Assembly (NCBI GenBank): GCA_038871515.1
Contig: JAVZHX010000001.1
Coordinates: 192,001 to 256,000, forward strand
Direction: 5' to 3'
Origin: Candidatus Micrarchaeia archaeon
GTDB taxonomy: Archaea > Micrarchaeota > Micrarchaeia > Burarchaeales > Fermentimicrarchaeaceae
DNA length: 64,000 nucleotides
The notes below the pieces were generated by a model that saw nothing but the letters and a program-made list of their open reading frames with translations, had not been told where the DNA came from and ran no database searches. Below, one piece after another: positions 62,075-64,000 of this stretch. The translations under genes were made by a program, and so were the position numbers. Numbering within the stretch: the first letter of the stretch is position 1; every line of letters starts with the position of its first letter.

Positions 62075-62989
62075 TTAGCGAGTTTAAAGGGCAGCATACA
62101 AAGATTCCATATCTTTCTTTTTTCTTATAATTGGAAAATCTTTAAATTTGTAAAAATTGTTTATTCCATAAATGTAAAGAGCAAATTTGTTTTTGTATGA
62201 ATAGATATGGGAAGTTCGGATACCAACCTCCTTTAAGATTTTTTTGATAAATTGTAGAGATTCTAGATTACTTTGGTAGAAAGCTAATTTTATCTTTCTT
62301 ATTTTTTTATAGGTCTGTTTGCTTGTGACGTAGCCTTCTGCATCGAAAAATCCAGCCAGATAATACTTCCAACATTTTGGATTTTCTTTTATTATTCTTG
62401 GTGTTTTCCAGTATTTCTGATCCATCGGCATTTCAAAGATATTTTCAAAGAAGAGGACGATTGGTTTTGAATTTACACGAAGACGGTATGAATTTTTGTC
62501 CATGTCTATTTTTGCTTCAACCAAGAAAATCTCATTGAAAATATCTCGCATTAACTGGATCCACTGCAATGCACCATTACCTGACTGGGTTAAGGCAATT
62601 GTATATCGATCCCCTTCTAATTTTGAAACGGAACCATCTCTCAACACTCCGACAAGATAAGCAAGTTTTGAATCCAGAAATTGGGGGAGTCTGACCCCCT
62701 TTTTACTTCTGGATTTAAATTCAGAAATGTTTTGGAACACTTCATCATAATTTTTCTTGCGTTCGTCTAAGAGGTCAAGTAGATAGTCGAGAGGAGTAAC
62801 TCCGCTACTCAAGCGATAATATTTAGTCGATTTTTTGAGTAGAGGAAACTCATCTCCGAACTGTCTTAGTATCTGAGGGTCTACTTTTACGTAGAGATTT
62901 TGGTTTTTCAGACAACTTAGGTAATTTGGTATTGGTATCTTCCATTTTTCCCACATGTCACTAGATTTATTTGCTGCCCTTATAAACTT
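62075..62989 (-). mobile_element. 915-nt BHB intron in 23S (after about E. coli 803) with a LAGLIDADG ORF
   Basis: GGCG-AT|A AGTTTA.AAGGGCAGCA...TGCTGCCCTT TAAACT CGCT-AA|A; removal restores GGCGATAGC. Confidence 0.93.
62084..62956 (-). CDS. Intron-encoded double-motif LAGLIDADG homing endonuclease
   Basis: LAYLVGVLRDGS and YLAGFFDAEG motifs. Confidence 0.92.
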   Translation of the reverse strand: MWEKWKIPIPNYLSCLKNQNLYVKVDPQILRQFGDEFPLLKKSTKYYRLSSGVTPLDYLLDLLDERKKNYDEVFQNISEFKSRSKKGVRLPQFLDSKLAYLVGVLRDGSVSKLEGDRYTIALTQSGNGALQWIQLMRDIFNEIFLVEAKIDMDKNSYRLRVNSKPIVLFFENIFEMPMDQKYWKTPRIIKENPKCWKYYLAGFFDAEGYVTSKQTYKKIRKIKLAFYQSNLESLQFIKKILKEVGIRTSHIYSYKNKFALYIYGINNFYKFKDFPIIRKKKDMESLYAAL

Positions 62990-63781
62990 ATCGCCAAGTT
63001 CGATAGGACTATCACCCCTACACGCAGGTCACCCGAGCGGATATACCAGCACCGGTTGCGGGCCTCCACCAATCTGAGGATTGGCTTCGCCCTGCCCGCG
63101 TGTAGATCACATTGGCTTCGGGTCTGATGAAAGTGATTTATGGCACTTTCGTACCACCTGCCTCGCCCTTTCGGGTTGCGCAGTCTCGCTTTCGCTCCGC
63201 CTTTCGGCTCACCACTTCCATCAACTCCTTGGCTCTTGCTTCAAGAAGAACGATGCAACCCTGCTCAATCTCCCGTCGCTCTACATATTTCTACATATCG
63301 CTTCCAGGAGACCGCATTCCTTTCGGGCCGCACCTTCTGTAGCCACTCAGTTTCAGGCTCTTTTAACTCCCCTTTCGGGGTGCTTTTCAGCGTTCGCTCG
63401 CGCTACTTGTGCGCTATCGGTCTCAGGTTATATTTAGAGTTGGAAGTTGATGCTCCCATGTTCGCGCCCAATACTCAATGGACGCTACTCCGCGCATCCC
63501 CTCCCCTCCTGTTTTTCGCTTACGAGGCTTTCACTCTCTTTGGCAGCGCTTTCCAGCGCACTTCAGCTAGACAGAAGGAGAATGGAATGCATCACATCTC
63601 CCACAAGTTGCCCTGAGGGATTCGAATTGCCTCTGTGTGGCTTTCAGTCGCCCTTACTCACCACATCCCATTTGGTTTCTTTTCCTGCGGGTACTAAGAT
63701 GTTTCAATTCCCCGCGTGCTCCTTCACCTCTTTTGGAGGTGAATGATTCGGCAATCCCAGGTTCAAGGGCTGCCTGCGCCT

Positions 63782-64000
63782 ATCAGGCTGCCGCAAAGAG
63801 ATTTTTTAAAGAGCAAAGAATTTGGGTGGGAAACAGGTATCAATTTTAAAAATTTTAAAATATTCACGCGCGGTCTTTTATTCACATACAATCTAAATGC
63901 AAATGAATTTTTTCTAGGAAGCGACTTGTGTAGAGTCGATATTATTTCTTGCTTTTGAAGTATTTTTCTAATGTCCTCCAAAGGTGGACAGGCAGATTTA
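63782..64000 (-). mobile_element. 3' part of a sixth 23S intron (near E. coli 83) carrying the C-terminus of a LAGLIDADG-like ORF; truncated by the window edge
   Basis: rRNA similarity stops at 63781 and AT-rich sequence follows. The frame is open to the window edge (KSACPPLEDIRKILQKQEI...FRLYV...ILKFLKLIPVSHP). The 3' BHB half reads CCTG-AT|A. Confidence 0.75.

Larger units (their letters stand above)
58975..64000 (-). rRNA. rrl: 23S rRNA gene with six introns; 5' end outside the window, 3' end approximate
   Basis: Conserved motifs on the - strand (AGTACGAGAGGAAC sarcin-ricin loop, TAACAGG, GAAGACCCCGTGGAG, CTTAAGGTAGC). Exons: 63781-62990, 62074-60618, 59688-59666, 59635-59357, 59321-59311, 59259 to about 58975. 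Confidence 0.98.

Noticed and set aside
63255..63325. Possible seventh 23S insertion (CTACATAT direct repeat)
   Set aside because: It fits the normal variable archaeal helix-25 region, and no BHB junction was found.
58976..63958. Plus-strand and short minus-strand ORFs over rRNA exons
   Set aside because: Spurious frames in structural RNA.

Overview
Archaeal chromosomal window, most likely from a DPANN/Micrarchaeota-like and probably thermophilic organism (inferred from gene content and composition, not from a database search). It begins in a CRISPR array (25 identical 30-bp repeats, no cas genes in view). Housekeeping genes follow (glmS, pdxS/pdxT, sufS, pdaD), then the rpoH-B''-B'-A'-A''-L30e-nusA-S12-S7-EF2 operon, SRP RNA, the large S10-spc-alpha ribosomal protein cluster, proS and a group 4 membrane [NiFe]-hydrogenase cluster. 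It ends in a minus-strand 23S rRNA gene. The main story is bulge-helix-bulge (BHB) RNA splicing. The 23S gene has six BHB introns that leave 11-nt and 23-nt micro-exons. One intron encodes a non-LAGLIDADG, PD-(D/E)xK/Vsr-like nuclease whose ORF has no stop codon inside the intron and would terminate only after intron circularisation; two others encode LAGLIDADG proteins. Five of the eight tRNA genes carry introns (six introns in total, four at non-canonical positions). The tRNA-Trp intron is a C/D guide for its own tRNA. A free-standing double-guide C/D sRNA has both predicted 23S targets inside this window.
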